Shown: piece by piece, positions 53,205-64,000 of the stretch
Position numbering within the stretch: position 1 is the first letter of the stretch
Layout: the number at the start of each line of letters is the position of its first letter
NCBI GenBank assembly: GCA_047285305.1
Contig: JBJBDL010000003.1
Coordinates: forward strand, 288,001 to 352,000
Direction of reading: 5' to 3'
Length of the DNA: 64,000 nucleotides
Source: Synechococcus sp.
Lineage (GTDB): Bacteria; Cyanobacteriota; Cyanobacteriia; PCC-6307; Cyanobiaceae
Translations under genes and position numbers: made by a program
Notes under the pieces: generated by a model
The model's database searches: none
What the model saw: only the letters and a program-made list of their open reading frames with translations
What the model was told of the DNA's origin: nothing

Positions 53205-53935
53205 GCCACAGGGTCGTCACAAAGCAGCAGGCGCCATCTCTGGGATGAAGCCTGTAAATAGAAGCTGCTGCAGGACTCGCACATGAAGCCGTGGTCGGCG
53301 CCGGCGCACTCCACGCAACGCAGGGGCCGGCCAGTGGGATCAACTCTGCGCAGGGCATCACCGATCGCCTCACGAACCTCGGCGGGGATCAAGAGCTCTG
53401 CTGTGCCTAATACGCAGGTGAGCCGCACTTGGACCTCGGGCAACAGACGGCGAGAGGGTTCACCGCCGCCGGGGCGCACCAGGCTTACGCCTGCGCCATA
53501 GAAGTCAAAGAACGCCGCTCCATCGGGCAACGTGGCCGCCAGAAAGGCGGCATGCCCCCGAAGCAAAAGCCCACCACATGGATGCCGGCCTGGGGGTAAC
53601 GGGCCCTCAACCAGCTGACCGCTGCGGCGACATCAGCAATGATCTGCTCGCCTGTGGCGGCCTCCTTCAGACAGATCGGAGGCTTCGTAGGCCAACTCCA
53701 GCCCAGGAGTCATGCGGGCAAAAAACGGCACCGCCAGGGCCGGATTCCCCTGAGCCGCCAGGCGATCGGCCTCACCACGCACCCTGGCGTCTAGCTCAAA
53801 CACCTCAGACAACACGATATGGACACGATATGGACACGATTTCAACCCAATATCGTTCGCTTAAGCCTGAGTCTCTGCCCACCAGCAACGCAGTGGCACA
53901 ACACCCCTAGCCAACTCAACCAAGCCGGGCGAAGG
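53201..53935 (-). pseudogene. Dienelactone hydrolase family pseudogene
   Basis: Fragments in different frames: VPLRCWWAE*, IVLSEVF..ADRLAAQG, IIADVAAAVSWL..VVGFCFG, GHAAFLAAT..FYGAG..ADHGFMC. Confidence 0.85.
53812..53840 (+). repeat. 11-bp tandem repeat (ACACGATATGG x2.6)
   Basis: acacgatatgg acacgatatgg acacgat, inside the pseudogene. Confidence 0.85.
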
Positions 53936-54032
53936 GTAGCTGGACATTGTCACAGGCCCGCAGGACACACCCCCAATTGTCACCAGGCAATTCGCTCCGT
54001 ATGGTGGCCGCATTCCAACCTGTCCCACCGGC

Positions 54033-55034
54033 GTGCGATTCCACATCCAACAGGAAAGCGACATTCCGGCGTCGACGCAGCTTTACAACCAGATCTGCTT
54101 CGCCATCGCAGCGCGGCACTACCCACCGGGGCATCGCTTGCCCAGCACCCGCCAACTGGCGATGCAAACGGGATTGCACCGCAACACGATCAGCAAGGTG
54201 TACCGCCAACTAGAAACCGATGGCGTGGTGGAAGCGATGGCCGGCTCCGGCATCTACGTGCGTGACCAGCAAAAGCCCCGGGAAATCAAAACGCCGCAGC
54301 ACATACGTAATCGGGGCGTCACCGATCTGGACCGGGAAGTGCGTAAATGCGTTGATGGTCTGCTGAATGCGGGCTGCACCTTGCAGCAGACCCGGGAACT
54401 GCTGACGCGAGAGATCGATTGGCGCCTGCGCTGCGGCGCCCGCGTGCTAGTGAGCACGCCGCGGGAAGACATCGGTGCCTCCATGCTGATCGCCGAAGAG
54501 CTGGAGCCCTGCCTAGATGTGCCGGTGGAGGTGGTGCCGATGGAGGAGCTGAAAAGCGTGCTGGAGAACTCCAGCAACGGCACCGTGGTGACCAGCCGCT
54601 ACTTCCTACAACCGTTGGAGGAGCTGGCCAAGAAGCACAGCGTTCGTGCTGTGGCCGTTGACCTCAACGACTTCCGACAGGAGCTGGCCATGCTCAAAGA
54701 ACTGCGGCCTGGCAGCTGTGTGGGCCTAGTAAGCATCAGCCCCGGCATCCTGCGGGCCGCAGAGGTGATTCTCCACTCCATGCGAGGCAACGAATTGCTG
54801 CTGATGACCGCCACCCCGGATGTGGGCAGCCGCCTGTTGGCCCTGCTGCGGGCCTCGAGCCACGTGCTCTGTGATCGACCGAGCTTGCCCTTGGTCGAAC
54901 AGAGCCTGCGCCAGAACCGCTCACAATTGATGCGCATGCCCCAGGTGCATTGCGCCGAGAGCTACCTCAGCACCGATACGATCGACCTGCTCCGCAAGGA
55001 GATCGGCCTTCAAACCCCAGTGGCCGCCAGCTGA
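54033..55034 (+). CDS. GntR family transcriptional regulator
   Basis: LPSTRQLAMQTGLHRNTISKVYRQLE..GSGIYV winged HTH. Confidence 0.92.
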   Translation: MRFHIQQESDIPASTQLYNQICFAIAARHYPPGHRLPSTRQLAMQTGLHRNTISKVYRQLETDGVVEAMAGSGIYVRDQQKPREIKTPQHIRNRGVTDLDREVRKCVDGLLNAGCTLQQTRELLTREIDWRLRCGARVLVSTPREDIGASMLIAEELEPCLDVPVEVVPMEELKSVLENSSNGTVVTSRYFLQPLEELAKKHSVRAVAVDLNDFRQELAMLKELRPGSCVGLVSISPGILRAAEVILHSMRGNELLLMTATPDVGSRLLALLRASSHVLCDRPSLPLVEQSLRQNRSQLMRMPQVHCAESYLSTDTIDLLRKEIGLQTPVAAS

Positions 55035-55044
55035 CACCTCTGCG

Positions 55045-55791
55045 ATGTTTGATTACATCCGTGCCGACCTCGCGATCATCCGCGAGCGCGATCCGGCTGC
55101 CCGTGGCTGGCTGGAAATCGTGTGCTGCTATCCCGGCTTCCAAGCGATCAGCCTGCATCGGATCAGCCACCGCCTCTGGACCTGCCATCTGCCGCTAAAG
55201 CTGGCGGCCCGTTGCCTCAGCCAGATCGGCCGGACCCTCACTGGCATTGAAATCCACCCCGGCGCCCGGATCGGGCACAGCGTGTTCATCGACCACGGCA
55301 TGGGGGTGGTGATCGGCGAAACCGCCGAAATCGGCAACCGTTGCTTGCTCTACCAGGGGGTGACCCTGGGGGGCACGGGCAAAGAGCACGGCAAACGACA
55401 CCCCACGCTTGCCGAAAACGTTGTGGTCGGAGCTGGCGCCAAGGTGCTTGGTGCGATCACGATCGGAGCCAACACCCGGATCGGCGCCGGCTCCGTGGTA
55501 GTGCGCGATGTGGAGAGCGACTGCACGGTGGTGGGAATCCCTGGACGGGTGATCCACCAGAGCGGTGTGCGAATCAACCCACTGGCACACTCCGCTTTGC
55601 CCGACGCGGAGGCAAGCGTGATCCGCAACCTGATGGAACGGATCGATGAACTGGAGAGCACCGTGGGCAACCTGCAACGCTGCCTGCGGGAAGTGGCGGA
55701 GGGCCGGGCGCTACGGGAAGTGTGCCGCGGCGAGGCCCAGAACCTCAAAGACCGGGAGATTCTGGAGTTTCTGGGCGAGGAGACCGGCTGA
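55045..55791 (+). CDS. cysE: Serine O-acetyltransferase
   Basis: RDPAAR, GIEIHPGA, FIDHGMGVVIGET, QGVTLGGTG, KRHPT. Confidence 0.97.
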   Translation: MFDYIRADLAIIRERDPAARGWLEIVCCYPGFQAISLHRISHRLWTCHLPLKLAARCLSQIGRTLTGIEIHPGARIGHSVFIDHGMGVVIGETAEIGNRCLLYQGVTLGGTGKEHGKRHPTLAENVVVGAGAKVLGAITIGANTRIGAGSVVVRDVESDCTVVGIPGRVIHQSGVRINPLAHSALPDAEASVIRNLMERIDELESTVGNLQRCLREVAEGRALREVCRGEAQNLKDREILEFLGEETG

Positions 55792-55801
55792 AGCTGGTGC
55801 C

Positions 55802-58615
55802 TCAGGCCTCAGATGCAGGGCGCGAAGGCTGGAACATGAACATCGAATAAATCACGTTCCGGCGCATGTTGGTCATCATCTCGAGGAACATGTCATAACC
55901 CTCGTTCTTGTATTCGATCAGAGGATCCTTCTGGCCGTAGCCACGCAGGCCGACTGACTCCCGCAGAGCATCCATCGCCTGGAGATGTTCCCGCCAGAGC
56001 GTGTCGACCTGCTGAAGGATGAAGAAGCGCTCCGCCTCACGCATGAGCCCTGGCCGTTGCTGCTCGATCTGCGCCTCTTTGAGGTCGTAGGCATTGCGCA
56101 GTTGCTCCTGGAGGAACGCCTTGAGTTCCTCCATGCCAAGGCCCTGCACCTGCTCGGGGGTGAGGTCTTCGAGGAGATAGATGAACTCCTTCACCTTGCC
56201 CACCAGCTGAGCCAGATCCCATTCCTCGGGCGGCAGATCGGGATTCACATAGGCCTCCACAATCTCAGCCATCGTGCGTTCGCCGTATCCGATTACCTGC
56301 TTCTTCAGGGCACGGCCATCGAGCACCCGCCGGCGCTCGGAATACACCGCCCGGCGCTGGTTGTTCATCACCTCGTCGTACTCGAACACCTGCTTGCGGA
56401 TGTCGTAGTAATAGGTCTCTACCTTCTTCTGGGCCCCTTCCAAGGAACGGGTAAGCATGCCGGATTCAATCGGCATGTCTTCCTCAACACGGAACGCATT
56501 CATCAAGCCTGCAACGCGGTCCCCTCCGAATATGCGCAGGAGGTTGTCGCCTAATGAGAGGAAGAAGCGGGTGGAGCCGGGGTCGCCCTGACGGCCGGCC
56601 CGGCCGCGCAGCTGGTTGTCGACCCGGCGGGACTCATGCCGTTCGGTGCCGATCACGTGAAGTCCGCCGGCTTCGCGCACGCGGACTTCGTCCTGCTTCA
56701 CCACCGCGTCGTACTCCGCCTTCACCAGGGCAATGGCCTCGCGCAAGACCTGGATCTGCGGGTCATCGGTGGGGGCCTTTTCAGCAGCGGTGGCGATACG
56801 CTCTTCTAGCTCGATCACCGTGAGAGCTCTATCACCCCAGGCCTTCACCAGATCACGGGCCAACTGGCCGAGGGCCTGATCGGTCTCGTCGGTGAGGGGA
56901 CAGGGATAAAGGCTTTCACCGCTGCGGGGCAGCGTTGAGGCAGCGGCATCAGCAAAACCGCCAGCAGCGGTACTGCGCTGGAGAGGCACCGGGGGTTTGT
57001 GGTCGTCTTCCGGTTTGACCAGACGGCCCAGCAACACTTCCCGCAACTTCAAACGGGCCATGTAGTCACTGTTGCCACCCAGGATGATGTCGGTGCCGCG
57101 GCCCGCCATGTTGGTGGCGATGGTCACCGCTCCAGCACGACCGGCCTGAGCCACGATCTCGGATTCCCGTTCCACGTTCTCGGGCTTGGCGTTGAGCAGG
57201 TTGTGGGGGATCTCTTGCTCCGCCAACAGAGAACTGAGCAACTCGCTCTTTTCTACTGACGTGGTGCCCACAAGCACCGGCCGGCCTTTCTTGTGGATCT
57301 CGGCGGTTTCATTGGCGACGGCCCGCCACTTGGCGGATTCGGTTTTGTACACCTGATCGGCCCAGTCCTGGCGTGCCCGCACACGATTAGTGGGCACGAT
57401 GGTGGTTTCGAGCTTGTAGGTCTTCTCGAATTCCACCTCCTCTGTTTTGGCCGTACCGGTCATGCCGGCCAAGCGGGGATAGAGAAGAAAGAAGTTCTGG
57501 TACGTGATCGAGGCAAGGGTCTGGGTTTCCGCCTGAATCGGCAAGGCCTCCTTGGCTTCGATCGCCTGGTGCTGGCCGTCACTCCAGCGGCGCCCCGGCA
57601 TCACCCGACCGGTGAACTCATCCACAATCACCGCTTCACCATCGCGCACGATGTAATTCACATCCTTCACGAACAGCTCCTTGGCCTTAAGGGCATTGGT
57701 GATGTAGTGGGCCCAGGGGTCCTGGGGGTCAAACAGGTCTTTCACCCCGAGCATCTGCTCCGCCTTGGCAAAGCCCTCATCGGTGAGGGTGCAGCTGCGC
57801 TGCTTCTCGTCCACCTCGTAATCGCCTTCCGGATCGATGCCGTCCTTACCCATTTCGGCGGCGCGCTCGAGGGCCAAAGCCACCTGGGCTGCCTGCTGAT
57901 ACTTCTCCTGGGGCCGCTCCACCTGGCCGGAAATGATCAGAGGCGTGCGGGCTTCGTCGATCAGGATTGAATCCACCTCATCGATCACGCAGTACTGAAA
58001 CTCCCGCTGCACCACCTCTGAGATGTCGGCAGCCATGTTGTCACGCAGGTAGTCGAAGCCCAACTCTGAATTGGTGGCGTATGTGATATCGCAGTAATAG
58101 TTACGCCGCCGTTCCTCCGGTCGCATGTCCTGCTGAATCAGGCCAACGGAAAGCCCAAGAAAGCGGTGCACCTGGCCCATCCATTCGGCATCGCGGCGAG
58201 CCAGGTAGTCGTTCACCGTCACCACATGCACCCCGCGGCCGGTGAGGGCGTTGAGGTAACTAGGCAAGGTGGCTACAAGGGTTTTGCCTTCGCCGGTTTT
58301 CATCTCAGCGATCTGGCCCTCATGCAGCACCATGCCGCCGATCAGCTGCACATCGAAATGGCGCATGCCGAGAACCCGCTTTCCAGCTTCACGCACCACC
58401 GCGAAGGCCTCAGGCAAGATTTCGTCGAGAATCGGACGCTGGTTGGCCAAGCTGCCCGCGTTGGCGAGACGTTGCTGGAATGACGCGGTTTTCTCGCGCA
58501 ATTGCTCATCAGTCAGAGGAGCAATCTCCTCTTCGAACAAGTTGATGTCAGAAACAATCGGCTGGTAGCGCTTCAGCTTGCGGGCATTGGGGTCACCCAA
58601 CAGCAGCTTGAGCAT
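55802..58615 (-). CDS. secA: Preprotein translocase subunit SecA
   Basis: [51 protein letters not shown]. Confidence 0.98.
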   Translation of the reverse strand: MLKLLLGDPNARKLKRYQPIVSDINLFEEEIAPLTDEQLREKTASFQQRLANAGSLANQRPILDEILPEAFAVVREAGKRVLGMRHFDVQLIGGMVLHEGQIAEMKTGEGKTLVATLPSYLNALTGRGVHVVTVNDYLARRDAEWMGQVHRFLGLSVGLIQQDMRPEERRRNYYCDITYATNSELGFDYLRDNMAADISEVVQREFQYCVIDEVDSILIDEARTPLIISGQVERPQEKYQQAAQVALALERAAEMGKDGIDPEGDYEVDEKQRSCTLTDEGFAKAEQMLGVKDLFDPQDPWAHYITNALKAKELFVKDVNYIVRDGEAVIVDEFTGRVMPGRRWSDGQHQAIEAKEALPIQAETQTLASITYQNFFLLYPRLAGMTGTAKTEEVEFEKTYKLETTIVPTNRVRARQDWADQVYKTESAKWRAVANETAEIHKKGRPVLVGTTSVEKSELLSSLLAEQEIPHNLLNAKPENVERESEIVAQAGRAGAVTIATNMAGRGTDIILGGNSDYMARLKLREVLLGRLVKPEDDHKPPVPLQRSTAAGGFADAAASTLPRSGESLYPCPLTDETDQALGQLARDLVKAWGDRALTVIELEERIATAAEKAPTDDPQIQVLREAIALVKAEYDAVVKQDEVRVREAGGLHVIGTERHESRRVDNQLRGRAGRQGDPGSTRFFLSLGDNLLRIFGGDRVAGLMNAFRVEEDMPIESGMLTRSLEGAQKKVETYYYDIRKQVFEYDEVMNNQRRAVYSERRRVLDGRALKKQVIGYGERTMAEIVEAYVNPDLPPEEWDLAQLVGKVKEFIYLLEDLTPEQVQGLGMEELKAFLQEQLRNAYDLKEAQIEQQRPGLMREAERFFILQQVDTLWREHLQAMDALRESVGLRGYGQKDPLIEYKNEGYDMFLEMMTNMRRNVIYSMFMFQPSRPASEA

Positions 58616-58697
58616 GGAAGGCGCCTAATCGTCTGCGAGACACCCTACTGAGGCTTATCCGCAGAGATACTGCGGCCATCCGTACCACGAGATCGCT

Positions 58698-59975
58698 ATG
58701 GCACGCCTGGAGCAGGCCCTGCAACTGCGCAAGCTGGCTCAGCGGCTAGCAACTTCGGACGAAGCAATCGCCTCTCATCCACAGTTGGTGTTTGGAGCAT
58801 TGGTCAAACTAAAGAAAGCGAGGCCTGGCCTAATTGCCGCCCTGAGTAGCGGATGGGGCTATCAAACGATCAAACGCATAAAGCATCCGAAACTGACTCT
58901 CTGGAGAACGCTGGCAAGGCCTGACCAGGTCAAACACGACACCACAAACAAACTCTTACGAGATATTCAAGAAACAGGGGCATGGAGTGAGATTCAAACA
59001 GTAAAGAAACAACGCGGTGAGCGACTGGCAACAGAACCGTGGAATCATCATGCGCGCTTGAAAAAAGCCGATGGGCTTATTACACGGCTTGAACAAAAAA
59101 TTTCTGATCGCGGCAAGGTAAAACTATTTTTTTGGCACCACTACGATTCTCTAGGATTCTTGCCACGGAGTTGGCTAAACGTCCTACAAACTTTACGCAG
59201 GCGCGACTGGGTGGTTATTGTCTCAAGCTCTAGACTAAATATCGATTCTCAACACCAACTCGAACGCGCAGGATGCATCATTAGTGAACGAAAAAATATA
59301 GGCATGTGCCTTGGAGCCTATCGAGACTTCTGCTGCTTACTCAATGAACATAAACACCTACGCAACCAAATTCAGAATCTGGTACTTTGCAATGACAGCA
59401 CATTGCCCGTCGGAGGAGACGAACCGTTCTGCAACCAAATTGAAAGCGTCAACTCAAATTTCCGAACTGATACTGCTCAAATGACGGGAATGACTGATTC
59501 TATTCAGACAACTGCCTATCACATTCAGAGCTATTTCCTGTCAATTAACTCGTGCCTGCTTCAACAGCATTGCTGGCCTCAATTCTGGGAACGCTTCAAT
59601 CCCTATGGGGACAAGGATGATCTGATACAACGAGGCGAAGTAGGACTCTCTCAATGGCTGCTGAAGCAAGGCATTAGCATTAAGGCACATTATTCACTCG
59701 TATCTATTTTATTAGGTAAACCTGGCGCTTATCCTGAACTCAAAGATCTCGACCTCCGTCAGCCCAAAGAGGTAAACGTCACACTGATGTGCTGGAAGGC
59801 ATTGCTCGAAGCAGGCTTCCCACTTATAAAAAAACAGCTATTGCTCGACCCCCCGCACTTTTTACCAAGAGCCATTCCAATGAGCGAGCTGTCTGAACAC
59901 CTGAGCAATAAAGATGAGCATCTCAGCAATGACCTCGAACAGCTTCTGAAATCGAGATTTTTGAAAGTTTGCTAA
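58698..59975 (+). CDS. Rhamnan synthesis F (RgpF)-like protein
   Basis: HHYD, RKNIGMCLGAY, LVLCNDS, HIQSYF, GEVGLSQ, FPLIKK. Confidence 0.75.
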   Translation: MARLEQALQLRKLAQRLATSDEAIASHPQLVFGALVKLKKARPGLIAALSSGWGYQTIKRIKHPKLTLWRTLARPDQVKHDTTNKLLRDIQETGAWSEIQTVKKQRGERLATEPWNHHARLKKADGLITRLEQKISDRGKVKLFFWHHYDSLGFLPRSWLNVLQTLRRRDWVVIVSSSRLNIDSQHQLERAGCIISERKNIGMCLGAYRDFCCLLNEHKHLRNQIQNLVLCNDSTLPVGGDEPFCNQIESVNSNFRTDTAQMTGMTDSIQTTAYHIQSYFLSINSCLLQQHCWPQFWERFNPYGDKDDLIQRGEVGLSQWLLKQGISIKAHYSLVSILLGKPGAYPELKDLDLRQPKEVNVTLMCWKALLEAGFPLIKKQLLLDPPHFLPRAIPMSELSEHLSNKDEHLSNDLEQLLKSRFLKVC

Positions 59976-60979
59976 ACTACCCTATCGCAATTGCAGATGT
60001 GCAACTTTCCATCCTCGTAGTATCGCGGAACGCAGAGCTTCTCTCGGCAATGCTGGAGACACTTAAAGAGGCACTCCACTTACCGAAAGAATCCGTTGAA
60101 ATCCTATGTTCATGGAACGGGCCTGCCGGATCCGAGGCCAATATCAACAACAATTCAGGCTATGAATTTTTAGTAGCCCAGCGGGATTCTTATCATTTTG
60201 CCAAAAACGTCAACAGCTTGGCATTAAAAGCATCGGGCGATATCCTTGCGTTGCTTAACGATGATGTTTTGCTTGACCCAAATAGTCTGGATGCGGGCTT
60301 AAGCTGTATAAAAAACCAATCATCACCAACATTGGTTGGAGGTTTACTGCGCACGCCTGACCAGCTTCTCCAACATATTGGCTTTACCTTCGATGCAAGA
60401 TTCAACCCTCACCACATTGCCGAAGGGATGATTCAAGCAAAGGATGCCTGTGACGACGAATTACACTTCGAAGTCCCTGCCGTGACAGCAGCAGTCGCTC
60501 TAGTTAGACGAGATATATTTTCACAAATACGACTAAACGAAAGCTATCAACGCTGCGGGGAAGATGTTGAATTTAACCTCGACCTTCGTCAAAAACTCCA
60601 AGGTCATATTTTGCTCTGTCCACAACTAAGCGGCATCCACATCGAAAGTGCAACGAGAGCCGAAACTGGTGAGAAAGGCAACACTTCTGAAGATCAAGTG
60701 AGGTTGCGTTCTCGTAGAAGAGATTTTTTCGAGCAAGCCTCAGCAACACAAATGCGCGTTGAACTGGAGATGTCCAGTCGAGAGCGCAGCCTGAACCACA
60801 AGGCCATGGATTCCCTCAAAAAAGAACAACAGCAGCTTCGAAGAGATCGTGATCATTGGCAGCAGCAAGCCCAAAAACAGCTTCGAAGAGATCATGATCA
60901 TTGGAAGCGGCAAGCCCAAGTACTACAGCTGGAAGTCCTGCGACTAAAGGACATGACTCAACGGCAGCGAGAGGAATGA
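59969..60979 (+). CDS. GT2 family glycosyltransferase with C-terminal coiled coil
   Basis: FAKNVN, LLNDDV, PAVTAA, EDVEF, HIESATR; start uncertain. Confidence 0.8.
   Translation: MLNYPIAIADVQLSILVVSRNAELLSAMLETLKEALHLPKESVEILCSWNGPAGSEANINNNSGYEFLVAQRDSYHFAKNVNSLALKASGDILALLNDDVLLDPNSLDAGLSCIKNQSSPTLVGGLLRTPDQLLQHIGFTFDARFNPHHIAEGMIQAKDACDDELHFEVPAVTAAVALVRRDIFSQIRLNESYQRCGEDVEFNLDLRQKLQGHILLCPQLSGIHIESATRAETGEKGNTSEDQVRLRSRRRDFFEQASATQMRVELEMSSRERSLNHKAMDSLKKEQQQLRRDRDHWQQQAQKQLRRDHDHWKRQAQVLQLEVLRLKDMTQRQREE
60833..60919 (+). repeat. In-frame 45-bp tandem duplication
   Basis: cagcttcgaagagatcgtgatcattggcagcagcaagcccaa followed by cagcttcgaagagatcatgatcattggaagcggcaagcccaa. Confidence 0.9.
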
Positions 60980-62478
60980 CTATGAAGATTAGCTCTCACT
61001 TCGAACGGCCCCTGCAAGGAAAGCGTGTTCTTGTCACAGCACTAGATCTTGAGCAACGTGAACATCGCGGCATTGCCGTGTATTCAAAAGCACTAATTCG
61101 TCACTTGCGGCTTATGGGGGCAGAGGTTTGGCTTCTGACCCAATTCCAACCCATTATCTCAGATCTGCGTTCACTCCCAAAGGAAACACAGCAGATTACA
61201 TACAGCGCCCGCACGCTGAATGAGTTGGTGCATGGCAAAACGGTAAATACGCCAAAACTTGAGCGCCTTTTTCCATTTCTCGCCCGGTTCGGCAACCGCT
61301 ATCGGCGTCTCCACAAGGGCTTAAGCAGATTCTTTGGCAAAACATCGTTTCGATACAAAGAGATGAAAAGTTTCCACCTGAGTGCACTCAGCGATAACCC
61401 CAATCTGCGTATCAATCGACTGGATTATCTCCAAGATGTAGACGGGATTGTCAGCCTAGACGATGTATATGAAGCAAGCCAAGTGGCTGCTTTGCGAAGA
61501 CAACGCAAACCAGTAAGTATCGATCTACAAGGGTTTGACGCATTCATCACCTGCTGCCCACTCAATCTGCGACCAATTAACACGCCGGTGTTCGTGCAAA
61601 CGGTGCACGATCTGATCGCCCTGGAGTACGTGCCTCACAACGAGAATGTGCGCCAGTTCACCCATCGCCTCCAGGCCTGTCTGCCAGCGCAGCGAATTCA
61701 CGTATCCAGTTCCACCTGCCGCAAATTCCACACCCACATCAATGGGGATTCGGCTCAGGGGCCACTTGGCGGAGAAGAAATCGTGGTACAGCCTCCCTCG
61801 TTGCATCTACCAACTCTGCAGCGGAATGCTGGGGATCAGGCCAATGACCTGCCACCCTCCAGCCACCTGCTGCAAGATTTGCACTCAGAACGGACAAGCA
61901 AACCATCAGCCTTGAAGCCCTTCCGCTACATGCTGTTCAACTCATCAGTGGAAGCACGCAAAAACTTACTTTTCCTGGTGAAAGCCTTTGCCCAATCAGG
62001 CCTGGGTCGTGAAGGAATTCGCCTTTGCGTAACTGGAAAACTCAAATCCGATTCCTACAGCAAGGCCGTACGCGAGGTGGTGGCTAGCGAACCCGCCATT
62101 CTTCTCACCGGTTATGTGGATGAAGCCACGAAACTAGATCTTTATCTCAATGCTCTGGCACTGTTGAGCCCCTCCCTCGTGGAGGGCTTCGGGATTCCTG
62201 TTCTGGATGCCGCCTGCCTTGGGCTCCCTGCTTTGGCTAGCTCCTGCGATGCCCACCGCGAAATCCACGATCTGTTTGATTTCAGCAACTACGTCCTGCC
62301 CATATCCATCCTGGAAACCCGCGACTGGGCTGCTGCCATGCAGGCCACCGCCTCTTTGCACAACCACATGGCGGATGAACCAGAAGAGCGGATGCGACGC
62401 CTACGCCGTTACATACGTATGAGCACTCGGATCGAAACGCGTTTCGAAGAACAGATCGCTCAACTTATGCTTCCTTAA
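60976..62478 (+). CDS. GT4 family glycosyltransferase
   Basis: RGIAVY, TVHDLI, EARKNL, PSLVEGFGIPVLDA; ATGA overlap. Confidence 0.88.
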   Translation: MTMKISSHFERPLQGKRVLVTALDLEQREHRGIAVYSKALIRHLRLMGAEVWLLTQFQPIISDLRSLPKETQQITYSARTLNELVHGKTVNTPKLERLFPFLARFGNRYRRLHKGLSRFFGKTSFRYKEMKSFHLSALSDNPNLRINRLDYLQDVDGIVSLDDVYEASQVAALRRQRKPVSIDLQGFDAFITCCPLNLRPINTPVFVQTVHDLIALEYVPHNENVRQFTHRLQACLPAQRIHVSSSTCRKFHTHINGDSAQGPLGGEEIVVQPPSLHLPTLQRNAGDQANDLPPSSHLLQDLHSERTSKPSALKPFRYMLFNSSVEARKNLLFLVKAFAQSGLGREGIRLCVTGKLKSDSYSKAVREVVASEPAILLTGYVDEATKLDLYLNALALLSPSLVEGFGIPVLDAACLGLPALASSCDAHREIHDLFDFSNYVLPISILETRDWAAAMQATASLHNHMADEPEERMRRLRRYIRMSTRIETRFEEQIAQLMLP

Positions 62479-62494
62479 AGAGGGTTCCATCCGA

Positions 62495-63601
62495 TCAACT
62501 CGCACTGCATAGTTGGCGGAATTGTTCATCGATACTGGACACCTGAGCGTCCAGACTCAACCTCTGAGCCAGGGAGTAGCCTGCCTGCGACAGCTGCGTC
62601 CATAGTTGTCGATCGTGCAGACAAGCGATCACGTGATCAGCCAGGACCCTGCCATCGTCATCCACAGGAAAAAACAGCGATGAGTCCTGGTGAAATTCCC
62701 TGTGGACGGGAATATCGCTGATCAGCGTGGGAATTCCCTCGGCCTTGGCCTCGAGAATTGGATAGTCGAACCCCTCCTCGGTGCTGGCCGAGAGCACTGC
62801 CAGGCTGGAGCGCAGATGCTCCAACAACTGCTCTTGTGTCAACGCATCAATCAGCTGTACCTGCTCTGGCCGAGGCAACTGGCGCTGCATCCGATGTAAC
62901 AACGTCGACTGGCGCCCGCCACGCCCCACGATGCGCAATACGCCCCGCCACTGGGGCCAGCGGCGCTGAAGCTGGTCAATGCCCCGAAATAGAGCCGGCA
63001 GATTCTTGTTCACGTCATGCCTTGCCAAGACCAACAGGTTTTCGCTGACTGGGCTCTGCACCGACGGACGCTGGATCGTGATTCCGTTGGGAATCACTTC
63101 GATCCGACCCGCCTCCACACCGAACTCCACCAGCTGATCCGCTACATAACGGCTAATGGCGATTAGCCGGGTGGCGGTGCGGCAATGGCGGGGCTGCCAA
63201 AAGCGATAGCGCATCCAAGCTTTACGGCTATTGGAGGCCACCAAAGGGGTTAGGTCGTGGCAGGTGATCAGCTGGGGGACCTCGGGCCACACCAACAGAG
63301 CATCAAAAAACGGGGAATAAATCCCCTCTAGCTGATCAGCAGCAAGCCCATGACGGTGCAGCAGGGCAGGCAAGTCAAGACCGTGCTGTACGAGGCTGTA
63401 CCGCTGCATAAAACGCATGGACCGCCTTGGCGCCAAGGGCGGCGGGCATGTCGTCCATTGGCTTGCAGGCACCAGCTGGCCTTCACCATCAATCCCTAAC
63501 TGCAAGCGCAAGCCTTCCAGCTGTGGGATGACCCTTTGCACATAACTGCAGAAGCCGGAATGGCCAGGCAACCAAGAGAGCAGATTGATCAGCCGAGTCA
63601 T
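62495..63601 (-). CDS. GT4 family glycosyltransferase (mannosyl/rhamnosyltransferase-like)
   Basis: TCHDLTP, IAISRY, VIPNG, EEGFDYPILEA, SDIPVHRE. Confidence 0.88.
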   Translation of the reverse strand: MTRLINLLSWLPGHSGFCSYVQRVIPQLEGLRLQLGIDGEGQLVPASQWTTCPPPLAPRRSMRFMQRYSLVQHGLDLPALLHRHGLAADQLEGIYSPFFDALLVWPEVPQLITCHDLTPLVASNSRKAWMRYRFWQPRHCRTATRLIAISRYVADQLVEFGVEAGRIEVIPNGITIQRPSVQSPVSENLLVLARHDVNKNLPALFRGIDQLQRRWPQWRGVLRIVGRGGRQSTLLHRMQRQLPRPEQVQLIDALTQEQLLEHLRSSLAVLSASTEEGFDYPILEAKAEGIPTLISDIPVHREFHQDSSLFFPVDDDGRVLADHVIACLHDRQLWTQLSQAGYSLAQRLSLDAQVSSIDEQFRQLCSAS

Positions 63602-63635
63602 GACAATTGTGATTGCAGCAGGAATCAGGCTTCGA

Positions 63636-64000
63636 TCAGATCAGGAAGGGAAGGTTGGGCCGCTCGCGGTTGATTAGCCGAATCGCCAACCACACGCCCA
63701 CAAAATTGACCAACAAGATCAAAACGTTCTGCGACCAGACAACTTCACCAGTCATCAACGAGTGACGCACCGGACTAAGAACGCGATACAGCGGATTAAA
63801 ATTGGCAGTCCATTGCATGGCACCCAGATTCTTTTTCTCATAAAGAATCGGCGACAAGAGGAATATTAGCTGAAGTGCCACTGGCACCAATTGATAAAGG
63901 TCGCGGAAGCGAGTTCCAAGCAAGCAGATCAACACCGGAAACCAGTAAAGGAACAACAGAAGATTGAAAATAGGAAGCCAACCCACAAACAAATTAAGAA
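63636..64000 (-). CDS. ABC-2 polysaccharide export permease (Wzm-like), 3' part only
   Basis: RFRDLYQLV, LLSPILY, NPLY motifs; ORF open at the window edge. Confidence 0.8.
   Translation of the reverse strand, partial: LNLFVGWLPIFNLLLFLYWFPVLICLLGTRFRDLYQLVPVALQLIFLLSPILYEKKNLGAMQWTANFNPLYRVLSPVRHSLMTGEVVWSQNVLILLVNFVGVWLAIRLINRERPNLPFLI

Noticed and set aside
53812..53840. CRISPR-like repeat
   Set aside because: Only an 11-bp unit with no spacers and no cas genes

Overview
Chromosomal window of a marine picocyanobacterium; gene content and order look like marine Synechococcus (inferred, not database-checked). A GC-rich core backbone (thiC with TPP riboswitch, ruvB, smpB, lysS, srrA/rpaB-like regulator, mreBCD, ssb, ahcY, tsaE, mutY, group 2 sigma factor, mgtE, gpx, crcB x2, gyrB, miaA, infC, cysE, secA) is interrupted or flanked by three AT-richer cell-surface glycan regions. 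These are the start of an rfbF cluster at the left edge, a ~24 kb island between the PfkB kinase and mutY, and a rhamnan/ABC-2 polysaccharide cluster after secA. The central island is the highlight. It encodes a 565-aa RTX-repeat, S-layer-like protein with its own near-consensus promoter and terminator, a type I secretion set (cNMP-domain HlyB, HlyD, parvulin-like protein), a GT41/OGT-like protein, TPR and TPR-glycosyltransferase proteins, several other glycosyltransferases, two methyltransferases and a sialidase-fold/sulfatase-fold/GT4 module. Plus-strand genes are interleaved among the minus-strand export genes. Two decayed loci are visible: an egtD remnant beside a probably truncated Ser/Thr kinase, and a frameshifted dienelactone hydrolase. 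No tRNA, rRNA, CRISPR array, integrase or transposase was recognised. Family assignments come from motif recognition by eye.
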